DNA from: Alloascoidea hylecoeti | Taxonomy: Eukaryota | Assembly (NCBI GenBank): GCA_001600815.1 | Contig: BCKZ01000024.1 | Span: forward strand, 244,464 to 299,131 | Direction: 5' to 3' | DNA: 54,668 nucleotides | In this document: positions 33,954-44,455 of the stretch, piece after piece | Numbering within the stretch: position 1 is the first letter of the stretch | Layout of the letters: every line of letters begins with the position of its first letter | Notes under the pieces: generated by a model | Told to the model about the DNA's origin: nothing | Databases searched by the model: none | What the model saw: the letters and a program-made list of their open reading frames with translations, nothing else | Translations under genes and position numbers: made by a program

Positions 33954-36155
33954 TTATTCATCGTTTAATTCTAGTAAACCTTTAAGTAGTGATATATTTT
34001 TAACACCTTCTTCTAATTCTATTTTTGTAAAATTCTTATTGATTTTCATATTTCCGATATCATTCATACCGTTTTTAACTGAAAATTTGTTCATATTATT
34101 GTTATTTGAGAAATTTAATCTTGTTGGTCCAATAACATTATTTGATTTTGTGTAAGAGATATTAATTAATGATAATGATTCTAAATTATTAATAATTTCC
34201 AAAAATTCATTTAGTTGTAAATAAGAATACGAAAATTCAGTTAGTCTATTTCTATTTGATAAATTAATATAATAGTCATATAGCTTATTAATGGTCATTA
34301 TAATTACCTGTGGTGATGATAGAGATAAAGATAAACAACAGAGAATTATTTTTGATTGAAGGTTTAAATTTGAAAGTTTTGAAATTGTTTTCTGTTTGTT
34401 TAATAATGAAAGATTGAAACATTTCATAATTTGTAAAATTGTTACTTTTGGTGCAGTTTTATAATTTAATTTATACAAATTTGGTGCATTTTTATTTTTA
34501 TTTAATACAATATCATTCTTTTTTTGTAATAAAGCCTCCATTTCTGAATCAGGAGCTTCATTTTCTTTATTATCATCATTGTTTTTAGGCATTGATGAAT
34601 TTATCATTTTTTGTAATGTCTCTTGTTCAATTAATTCTAAAGCATGATAACAAACATCAAATGTTTTACGTAAATCACTTGAATTAGAAACTGATTTTCT
34701 TGCACATAATTGAATGGCAGCTAGATGAATCAAGGGAACATCTTTATCATTTTCAGTATCATTATCATTACCAATTGGCCTTAATTTTTTAATTGATTTT
34801 AACTTAATGGTTATGATGTTTATAATATCATTAACTGTATAAGGTAAAAAAGATAATAAGTTGGGAAAAATATTAAATATTTTTAATTTTGGTAATAATC
34901 GATTTGTTAAATCTAGCGTATTTGAAATACCAATTAATATTAATTTAGAATTTGTTTTATAATGTGAATTTGATAATTGGAAAATTTTATATAGAATCTC
35001 TTGTTGTAATTGAGAATTTGCGAGTGATTTTTTTGTTGTTGATGATAATAAAGAATCTATTTCATCGAGGATTAGTATAATTGATGATGATTTTGAAGAA
35101 TTTGATTTCGTTATTAATTTTTCAAATTCTTCTTCAAATGATTTTACTTTTTTGGATTTATTTGATACTGGTAATCTTTTCCTTGGTGATTTCCTAACTG
35201 ATTTCTTAATCGATTTCTTAACCGATGATGATGATAACAACTTCTGATTATTTTCATTCTCATCATTCGTTATTAATGAGTAATATAATTCTTCAAACAA
35301 CTTATTAGGATTTGAAATAGTCATACAATTAATATTTGCAATTGAAACAGTTTTCGTATGACCATCAAGATTAAATTTTTTAACATTATTAAATTCATCA
35401 TCTTTAACATTATCATCTGATTTCAATAGTTCATTAATAACTTTTGAAACAAAAATCGTTTTACCAGTTGCAGGAGGACCACTAATATATAAAGAATTTG
35501 AAGATTCATTTTTTAGATTTTTAATTAAAAAAGATTTTAGTGTCTTTTGTTCATTTAAACGACCATAAATTAAATTATTATTATTGTTTAAATTATTGTT
35601 ATTATCTTTTGAAAACAATGATTTTGCAGTTGAATATATTGATTCCTCTTTAATATGTAATGTTGTTGGAGACTTCTCAAGGCGCGTTAATGACATGGAA
35701 AATGATTTTGAAGTTGGAGAATTCGATAATAAATCATCTGCAATTTTAGAAAAAGATGGTGATGACGACGATGTAAAATTTAGTTTCTTGGTAGATGTCT
35801 TTATATCCAAAAATTCCTTTTTTATTTTGCGTGGAGTTGAAGGAGGAGTCAATAAAAAGATGCTTTCAGACAATGGTATTGAAAGACCATCATTTTCTTT
35901 ATTCTTGCCATTTTTCTTGCCATTAGTTATTTTGGTGTTTAGATCCAGTCTAGTTTTTAAATCTCTCCTTGGTGAACTATAAGGTATCGGAACTAAATTA
36001 ACATCATCATCTTCTTCTTCTTCTTGTAATTTTAGTTTTGAAACAGTAGATGAAATCTTCTGTTTCTTTTGTGGAAACGGGGGAGAGCGAGTGTTCCGTT
36101 GGAGGGATGACTCATTTAAATCACACAAAACACGTTTTTTATTTCTAAGAAGCAT
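33954..36155 (-). CDS. CDC6: Replication licensing AAA+ ATPase Cdc6, 733 aa
   Basis: Several CDK-type S/T-P sites in the N-terminus (e.g. TPPSTPRK); GRLNE; SLYISGPPATGKT; INCM; LILDEID; IGISNTLDLTNR; FLPYT; AIQLCARK; DLRK. Confidence 0.93.
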   Translation of the reverse strand: MLLRNKKRVLCDLNESSLQRNTRSPPFPQKKQKISSTVSKLKLQEEEEDDDVNLVPIPYSSPRRDLKTRLDLNTKITNGKKNGKNKENDGLSIPLSESIFLLTPPSTPRKIKKEFLDIKTSTKKLNFTSSSSPSFSKIADDLLSNSPTSKSFSMSLTRLEKSPTTLHIKEESIYSTAKSLFSKDNNNNLNNNNNLIYGRLNEQKTLKSFLIKNLKNESSNSLYISGPPATGKTIFVSKVINELLKSDDNVKDDEFNNVKKFNLDGHTKTVSIANINCMTISNPNKLFEELYYSLITNDENENNQKLLSSSSVKKSIKKSVRKSPRKRLPVSNKSKKVKSFEEEFEKLITKSNSSKSSSIILILDEIDSLLSSTTKKSLANSQLQQEILYKIFQLSNSHYKTNSKLILIGISNTLDLTNRLLPKLKIFNIFPNLLSFLPYTVNDIINIITIKLKSIKKLRPIGNDNDTENDKDVPLIHLAAIQLCARKSVSNSSDLRKTFDVCYHALELIEQETLQKMINSSMPKNNDDNKENEAPDSEMEALLQKKNDIVLNKNKNAPNLYKLNYKTAPKVTILQIMKCFNLSLLNKQKTISKLSNLNLQSKIILCCLSLSLSSPQVIIMTINKLYDYYINLSNRNRLTEFSYSYLQLNEFLEIINNLESLSLINISYTKSNNVIGPTRLNFSNNNNMNKFSVKNGMNDIGNMKINKNFTKIELEEGVKNISLLKGLLELNDE

Positions 36156-36205
36156 TTTTATTACAAAAGGAAGAGAAAGAGAAATATGCTCAAAATTAAA
36201 ATAAC

Positions 36206-36271
36206 CGACGCGTCGAGGAAAAGCTGAGGATCTAAAACAAGAAGGTTTTGTTTAAGTTTGAATTTTCGCGT
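36206..36271. promoter_or_regulatory. MCB/SCB-type G1/S elements upstream of CDC6
   Basis: ACGCGT at 36208-36213 inside palindrome CGACGCGTCG; TTTCGCGT at 36264-36271; 50-115 bp upstream of the CDC6 ATG. Confidence 0.7.
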
Positions 36272-36613
36272 TTCTACGTTAACTGTGATACAGTTTACGC
36301 ATTACAGCGTATATACGGGAACACCGGATGCTTATCATTATTGGATCCAAACACCCTTACACCTCAGTATCAAAGTTTACTTTTTCTAAATTTTTTTTTC
36401 CTCAATCATCTCGATCTTTTTAAGAAAGCAACCTTTTTTTTCTCTTTTAGCTGTTATTTTTTTTTTGGCTACAAAACACAATCAGTCAACGACTTGGAAT
36501 TTTCTGGATACTTAAAATATAACACCAATATTAATACTGCTGTTACGGCTAACTATACAATATCCGAAATACATGTGTCAATACCAAACATAGCACTCAA
36601 TTAATTATCATCA

Positions 36614-39600
36614 ATGTCGTCGGAATATTCCCATCGTCAACAATATCAACCATATTCTCATTCACCACGAGAAAGCGATCGAGAAAGAGAGAGAGAAAGA
36701 GAAAGAGAGAGAGAAAGAGAGAGAGAAAGAGAAAGAGAAAGAGAGCGAGATAAAGAAAGAGATCGAAAGCAACGACCTGGTATCGACCACGGTTACATTC
36801 CTGCTGCGCCTTTATCATACTCTTCACACCTTGATTATACAAAACACAGTCACAGCGGTCGGTATAGTAGTAACGATCCAAGTAATACCCATAATACAAA
36901 TAATGGCAATGGAGACTCAACATTACAATCTAATAACATCCAACCCAAACAACCAATAGTAGCAACAGCAACTCCAACTTCAACAACACGTCCATCTTCA
37001 ACGACGAATAGCAAATATTCAGCATATCGATCAATTTCTCCCTCAAATTCGAATCCAATACAATCACACTCTCCTACTTATTCATCTCCTTCATACCCTA
37101 TTCAACCACAACTACAGCCGCGTTGGAATCGAATACGCTCATCATCTGTATCCAATGGACCAAACACAAGTATGGGTTCGATAGTGACGGGTGGAGTGAA
37201 CCAAAATAGTGTGGGTTATTCTTCCTATTATGACTCAAAAAGGTATGAAGAGAGAGAACGGGATAGAGCAAGGAGGGAAAAGGAGGCCGCTGAGTACAAA
37301 AAGAGACGGAATATTGGTATAAAAGATTATTCTAACAGAGTAAGTTAATAAATTTCGCCAATCCGATTCTTGTTTCTATTGATATTATTATCATTTGTTT
37401 TACTTTTTCTTGAGAATTCTTGAGTTTTGATTTTATTTGAGGTCTTTTAAAATTTTCTTTTTCTTACATTTCTACGTTAATTCAAAACAACTCCAAAATT
37501 CTCAGGAAAAATAATAATAATCGCTTAATTTTATCTCATTTTCATTTAATTTTATCATTCTAACTCTTTTATTTTTTATTTCTCCTTACTTTTTAGAAAC
37601 AAATATCATCATCATTATCACCACATGATCCAAAATCTTCTAGGATACAATCACAAATTAGCGTCCCAACTGGTCCTTCCGCCCTTTCATCATCATCCGT
37701 ACCCCCACCACCATCAACACAAATTCCCTTTGGGCCCCGAAGATGGTCAAAACCATATCCACCTTTATCACCACACTCACATTCTCATTCACACTCCGTT
37801 TCACGCTCACATTCTAGACGCTCTTCATATGAGTATATTAACCCCAATGCTGGCCTCCCAGGTGGTGTAGTCTTAAGTCCCGAGTTTGGCAGAGAAAGAG
37901 AGTATGATCGATTACAAATCAAATATTGGGACCGTGATAGGGACCGAGACCGAGATATTAGAAGTAGAGATTATGGTAGTGGTAGCATAATTGGTTATAA
38001 AAGCACAAGGGACTGGGATGAAAACAATCCCAATGCTATTAGACGAAATGACAGTCCCTATTATGGAGGTCGTATTTCATCATATGACGATAGGATATTG
38101 ATCAATAGTAAATGGGATAATGAAAGGGAACTGAGAGAGAGGGAAAGAATAGAATGGGAAAGAGATAGGGAGAGGGAAATACGGGAAAGGGAGAGAGCAA
38201 GGGAAGAGTATGAACATTATGAAAGACACAGGGAGGGGCCTTATACTCCTCTACATAAAGATCGTGAAAGGGAACGAGAACGAGAACGAGAACGAGATCG
38301 AGAACGTGAACGTGAACGTGAACGAGAACGAGAACGAGAACGAGAACGAGAACGAGAACGAGAACGAGATCGAGAACGAGAACGAGAACGTGAAAGAGAG
38401 TTACGGGAAAGAGAAAGAGATCGAGAACGTGAATTGTGGAAAGAATCAACTATTAGTAACGGCTATCATCGTAAGGAATCTTCACTTCATTATGACTTAA
38501 AATCAAATGGAAATTTTGATTATGATAAGGAAAAAGATAGAGCAATAACTCGAGAACAGGAGAGGTCAATTGATAGAGCTTCCTTAATAACACCTCCAAA
38601 GCATCATGTTAAGAAAGAGAATGAAATTTCAAAGGATAGTAATAAATATCAAAACCAAGATAAAGGACACAGCCGAAAGTCGAGTTCTAATTCTAGTCCA
38701 AATTCTGATTTAAAACATTTAGGTAAAGTCAACAACAAGGTTATGGAAAATAATGAGAGGAAAATATCCAATGATCATAAAGGAAAGAACAAAATTGATA
38801 GTGATACTAATAATAGTTCAGAAAAACAAAACCATGGTAAACCATTGAGTACACAAAAAGTTCGTTCGATATCTAATGAAATACCAACTCCTCTTGAACA
38901 TAAAGAAAAATTAAATCTTGATTCAAAGGCTCTTGAACATGAAGAAGAAATAGTAGAACAAATTTCTTCAAAATCTACAGACGTTGAATCTCAACCGAAA
39001 GCTAACACTCCTATTCAAAATAATAATAACAAAGATAAATATATTTCTAGTGATATTTTGCAACAAAATGATACAGATTCAGATGATTATGATCCACATA
39101 TATCCGAACTATCTGAAAAACTAAAAATTGAATCAGACGAAAAGAGAGCAAGAGAAGCACTAGAGGAGAACAATAAAGATATTTATAAGCAGCAATATCC
39201 TACTAATACGACAGAATCCCAATCACAATTACGAAATATTAAAACAGAAGATGCCGAAAAGTCCACTATGAATACTTTGGACGTTGGAATGGAACAAGAA
39301 ATAATCAGTAACAAACATGATATTAGTGGTTATTCTGATGATAAAGAAGGTGAAGCGGAGACAGAAATTGAAAATGATAGTGATATTGAAATGAAAGACA
39401 CTGACAATGGTAATGATAATATACAAGGAAAAGAGGAGGACATCATCATTGGTGATCCTTCTTTACCGATTATTTTCCCAATGAATAAAATAGAATACGA
39501 ATTTTGGAAAATTACTCAATTACCGGAAAATGAAAGACGTAAAAACATGAGGTATTTATCGAAATCTCCATCATTATTACTCAATGACAATCAAAAACAA

Positions 39601-41805
39601 CAACCATTTATTAATAATATTGATATAAAATTTTATAATTCTAAAGCCACAAAATATATTACAATAATGAGGCGAGGAATTGTTACCAAAAAGTCAAAAT
39701 TATCAAGAAATTTTAAAATCACGAATAAAAATTGGACAGAATATTGTAAATACCTTGATGAAAAGTTATTATCTGAAAATATTCCACCTCCGAAGGTTGA
39801 TGGTGTCGAATACCAATCATCGATTAATGAAGATTCTATATCAAGAGCTCATTCAGATCATAATGGTAACGGTGTTATCAGTGGTCCACCATCCGTAACA
39901 TCTGCGACATCAACAACAAATGGAGTACCATCTACAACGATAGCAACAAGTACAAGGCGTAGTAGATTTCATGGTGATGTTATTACTTCAGAGGCTGAAT
40001 TTCAACAAGTTTTGGAGAGCCTTCAAATTGAGCATAATAAGAGCCATAGAGCTTCATTATGTGCTGCAACGATCCCACCGATGAACTCAAACGAATTAAC
40101 ATGTTTCGTTGATCTAAATTATTTAGTAACTGATAGGAACAGTGCTAAAACATCTGTTTTTGAAAATAGTATTGATACCTTTTCAAAGAAGGAGCATGAA
40201 GATTTCGTTGAGGCCTATTTAAATCACCCAAAGAAATTTGGTAGAATTAGTAAATTAATGGGTGGGTTGAGAAATGCAAATGAGTGTGTTTTACATTATT
40301 ATCTTACAAAAAAATCGATTGATTATAAAGCACTGATTGCAAATAAAAATCGACGTGGTAGAAAAGGTAAGAAAAAAGTCAATAGAGATAGGTCAACTAA
40401 AACTGCTACTCCTACTGGTAATGATGGCGACACAACCGATACGAATTATAGTAATGCTAATAATACTCCTGCTGTTACTCGAAAATCTACTTCTACCAAT
40501 ATTAAAGAGCCAAAAGTGGATGATACTGATCAAAAACATTCAAGCCGGGATCAGGATCAGCATACTGAAGAGGTAGCAGCAACATGTCAACATCCAAGGA
40601 AGAAATCAAAAGGAAAAAACCCAAAAGAAGAAAGGCCTATTAATAAAAGAAAGAAAACTAGTGACAATGAATTAAGAACTAGTGAATTTGCAATCGAAGC
40701 TCTCATTCAAGATACTACTACTACTAATATTATTCATAAGGATGATCAAGAAGCTCTTGCTCCTCTATCAACAACCTCAACAATTTCAGATTCGACGTTT
40801 GCCAATGAAAATAATAATATACCTGTTGCATCTTCTAGATCAAAACATTCAAGCACGTCAAGTTATTGGAGCGTGAGTGAAATCGAATTGTTCCCAAAAT
40901 TATTAATCAAGTATGGTAGTAACTGGGACCAAGTTGCAAATGAAATGAAAGCGAAAAGTGCAGTGATGGTTAAGAATTATTATTATAGGGAAGGCGAAAA
41001 GAAGCATTGGACTAAACTAGTTGATGAAGCAGATAAAAAGAAGACATCATTATTGGATGAAACTAAAATTGAGTTTAATAGAACAACTATTTCACCTCTC
41101 ACTGAGAATCCATTACCAGCTGCAGTATCAATTGCAAGTATAAAAACACAATCTGAAGAACGTACAGTTAGGTCACCCACTAATGGTTTATTCCCTCCTA
41201 GTTTCGGTCTGCTAAAACGTAGGAGTGGATCTGATACTGAACAACATATGGTTCCACCTATGGCTGGATATTTTTTTGGGAAGCCTGCTCCAAATCCTCA
41301 CTCTCAATCACAAAATATTATATCTTCTAGCTCTTCAATACCAAATAGTGTTTGCACATATTCATCTAAGAGATCTAGAATTTCATTAGATAATCTTGTT
41401 ACCCATGATGATGATCCTGATGAAACAATAATTTTACCTTCTATTTCTTCGCCTCCATCAATACAGACTCGAGCGCTTTCCACCCCGATCGAAACTCCTC
41501 CTACTGCAACAACTATGATACCGAATTTCTTTGCAACTAGTGGTTCTAGTAATAACACTAAGGTATCTTCAATTTTTCATCTTTTAAATAGTGAAGATCT
41601 TCCTAGTCTATCGTCATTCAGTTCAAATAATGACGATCATAACAATGATAATGACAATCAAATTAAAGCCGAATTTACAAACGGAACAACAACTACAGCT
41701 TTACCGTCATTATCTCCACATAGATTTCAAAATAATGTCCAGAATAATAATCCACAACAATCACGTTCCGCCACTCCTAATAATAATAATTTTCATGGAA
41801 GTTGA
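36614..41805 (+). CDS. SNT1: Snt1 (Set3C / NCoR-SMRT-like) double-SANT protein, ~1644 aa; exons 36614-37339 and 37597-41805
   Basis: Phase-0 intron GTAAGT..TTCTAAC..TTTTAG joins ORF 36614 to the frame of ORF 38098 with no stops. RRSRFHGDVITSEAEFQQVL; SANT1 (FVEAYLNHPKKFGRIS..ECVLHYYLTKK); SANT2 (SSYWSVSEIELFPKLLIKYGSNW..MVKNYY). Confidence 0.9.
36680..36766 (+). repeat. Arg-Glu dipeptide repeat 1 in SNT1 (AGA-GAA/GAG units)
   Basis: Nearly purine-only GAAAGAGAGAGA-type tract. Confidence 0.9.
38260..38433 (+). repeat. Arg-Glu dipeptide repeat 2 in SNT1 (GAACGA/GAACGT hexamer units)
   Basis: Tandem CGAGAA hexamers read directly. Confidence 0.9.
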
Positions 41806-41976
41806 AGTTATTCTTTCAAGTTTATGATTGTGACACAAATATTAATAAGAAAGAAAACAATTTGTTGACAAAAAATTATGATAAATGTTTGATGGATGTA
41901 TAACAACAACAAGAACAAGAACAAGAAAATTATGGCAATCATTTGACTTCGGCCTTCTTTTCTTTTTTCTTTTTAC

Positions 41977-42052
41977 TTTTTCCTGTTTCCTTTTTCCTTT
42001 TTCCTTTTTCCTTTTTCCTTTTTCCTTTTTCCTTTTTCCTTTTTCCTTTTTC
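41977..42052 (+). repeat. (TTTTTCC)x10 polypyrimidine tandem repeat downstream of SNT1
   Basis: Ten 7-mers (one variant, TGTTTCC) plus a partial unit. Confidence 0.93.
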
Positions 42053-42299
42053 TTTTTAGAGTTTATATTTGTTTATGTACACTGGGGACTATATTTTATA
42101 CAGTGTGAACCTATAAGTTATATGATGCATCTGTATCTTTAGATTGTATTTTATGATAAGTTATCTTTTATATAGTAACTAGCGATTGCAACTTCGTTAA
42201 TTATAAATAGAAACATAGCTTCAGATTTATACTACATGTTATTTATGTATAGACTGTACCATATGTTAAAAATACAAAAAGTTTATAATTAATGTGAAT

Positions 42300-42830
42300 A
42301 TTATCATGATATCCGCCGTACTACACTGACTCTAGATATATTAATATTCAACATCAATACAATTTCTAAGTAAGATGCTGTTATTGGTACAGGTATTAGT
42401 ATTTGACTTCATTAAAATTATATGAAATTTGTACCCTTCAGCTTCCATTAAATTTGTTGAGACCGGGAAATCTTTGGCTTTTTAATTGGTTCTAAGCAAA
42501 TTATAGAATAAAAATGATTTTACTTTTAGAATAATTATGATGATCGTATATAAACTAATTATTTGTTCTCCTAAATTTTAGTACCTTTAGGAATTAAAGT
42601 ACAGAACTTTTAGTTGAGTTCACCATATCAGCTGTAGTGAATTATATAGCGCTAAAGTTATAAATATGTATATCCTCAAACAGGATTATTCTGTTTAATG
42701 ATTTCATTCTTATATAACTGAAACCTTCTAAAGTGAGAACCACATTATATATCTATTCATTAGTATATATAAAGTTATAACCAAAACCATATGAATTTAC
42801 ATGATTTATTATACACGGGATTATAATTAT
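42300..42830 (-). mobile_element. LINE RT relic (domains 0-3)
   Basis: Minus-strand NKSCKF-YGFGYNF (KSPGxDG region), CTLIPKG, ISRSQQ, IVLMLNI..RRIS* in the expected order. Confidence 0.38.
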
Positions 42831-42989
42831 AACAACTGTAGGATAAACGCTTTGGTGTATGCTTTTCTATTATTCTCAATACTAACTATATCTTATGTTC
42901 TAACTAATCAAATAGGAATATTAAGTTTGCTAACGTTAATAAGGGTTAATTACAAAACGTATTTGTAATGAAGTCAGAAAGAAAATGTA

Positions 42990-44243
42990 TTACTTGAATA
43001 CTTGTTGAACCATTTCGTCTGATCTTAATCTGGCTAAATTTATTGATTCTCTAATGTCATCTTTTGTAATTTCTGTTCCAAGACATTGTAATGATATTGA
43101 TTTTAAAACACCATCCTGACCAGGAATAATAGTTAAGCGTGTTGAAATTGTTGATTCTTCAGCTTCTCCTTCTAAATCAGCAATTAACAAATTTGTTGGG
43201 ATTTCATCATCAATATCCATTGATATATCTTCATTATTATCATCAAAAATTCCCAATGCTGATCTTTCCAATGTTATGATACCAAATGTACTACTCCATC
43301 CAACGTTGCTTTTATTTAGATGTAATTGTTTAAAATTTTTATCATCACATATTGGATCTAATTCATCCTTTATAGCTCTTACGTTTCTATTACCAACGCC
43401 GATTTTTAGATTAAGATCTTTTGGTTCTGTATCATCGATATACATATATGGAAGTTTCGTAGATTCTAAAGCAGATAACAAAGCTCCCCATGCTAGATCA
43501 AATAATGGGCCTGATCTCGAAAAAACGTTAAGATGTGCATATAAAACATAGATGTATTTTTTATTATTATTAATGATTGATAAGAATTCATCTGATTCTG
43601 CTGTTTCATCATTATCATAATTAGGATATATAATCTCTATATTTCCATTATCATCATTTAATATCTTTTGACCAAGATTAACTTTTAAATCCTTATTTTT
43701 TAAAATTTTTGAATAATAGAAAGTTTCAAACAGTTTTTGAGCAAGAATCATTTCTTCATCACTTGGCATCCCACTCTTCCCACGGGATACATCGACAATT
43801 GGATAAATCATTGCGGAGGATTCCATAAATTCTTCCCCATTTGATTTATCATCAATTGGTAAGATTCCTCCAGTTATTGCACATAATAATGTAGTTGAAC
43901 CGGATTTTATTATAGATGATCCTAAAACATTGGAATTTGCATTTCGGATTATTGTTTGCTGTATATCATTATCATTATCCTCAATATCCATATCATTTAT
44001 TCTCTGTGTGATATCATGGCTATTATATCGACTGAACGTATTTTTACCTACTTCAACTGATCGAAATTTATTTAATTGTCGTAATGAAAATGGTCGTATA
44101 CCTTTTGCTAAATGTCGTTGAAGGAAAAGATCAGGGGCTATCCGCGCAAACACCTCTGGAGGAAACTGTACTGGTTCTAAATCCTCCAAATCTTCTTTAT
44201 TCTTACTCGAACTATTTGATTCGTCAATCTGTGTTTTTGACAT
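42990..44243 (-). CDS. RRP43: Exosome core subunit Rrp43, 417 aa
   Basis: PVQFPPEVFARIAPDLFLQRHLAKGIRP, IYPIVDVSRG..PSDEEMILAQKL, VFSRSGPLFDL, LIADLEGEAEES. Confidence 0.93.
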   Translation of the reverse strand: MSKTQIDESNSSSKNKEDLEDLEPVQFPPEVFARIAPDLFLQRHLAKGIRPFSLRQLNKFRSVEVGKNTFSRYNSHDITQRINDMDIEDNDNDIQQTIIRNANSNVLGSSIIKSGSTTLLCAITGGILPIDDKSNGEEFMESSAMIYPIVDVSRGKSGMPSDEEMILAQKLFETFYYSKILKNKDLKVNLGQKILNDDNGNIEIIYPNYDNDETAESDEFLSIINNNKKYIYVLYAHLNVFSRSGPLFDLAWGALLSALESTKLPYMYIDDTEPKDLNLKIGVGNRNVRAIKDELDPICDDKNFKQLHLNKSNVGWSSTFGIITLERSALGIFDDNNEDISMDIDDEIPTNLLIADLEGEAEESTISTRLTIIPGQDGVLKSISLQCLGTEITKDDIRESINLARLRSDEMVQQVFK

Positions 44244-44455
44244 TTTGAATGATATTTCATACTTCCAGATAGTTTGAAAAATTATGTCAGTGCACTATTA
44301 CCCGGACTATAGTTAGTAATCAAGTGGTGAATATGTCATAATATGTGGTCCTGTGCTTACTTGTTTACATGAATATATTTACGTAGTAATAATGTGAAGT
44401 GAATGCAGTTATGCTAAATAAATAAGTAACTTAGCTAAACAACTATAATACCAGT

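Noticed and set aside
37625..37870. His-rich 81-aa ORF and the many 60-130 aa ORFs overlapping real genes
   Set aside because: Alternative-frame or antisense shadows of SNT1, RDH54, CDC6, RRP43 and others, often produced by low-complexity repeats.
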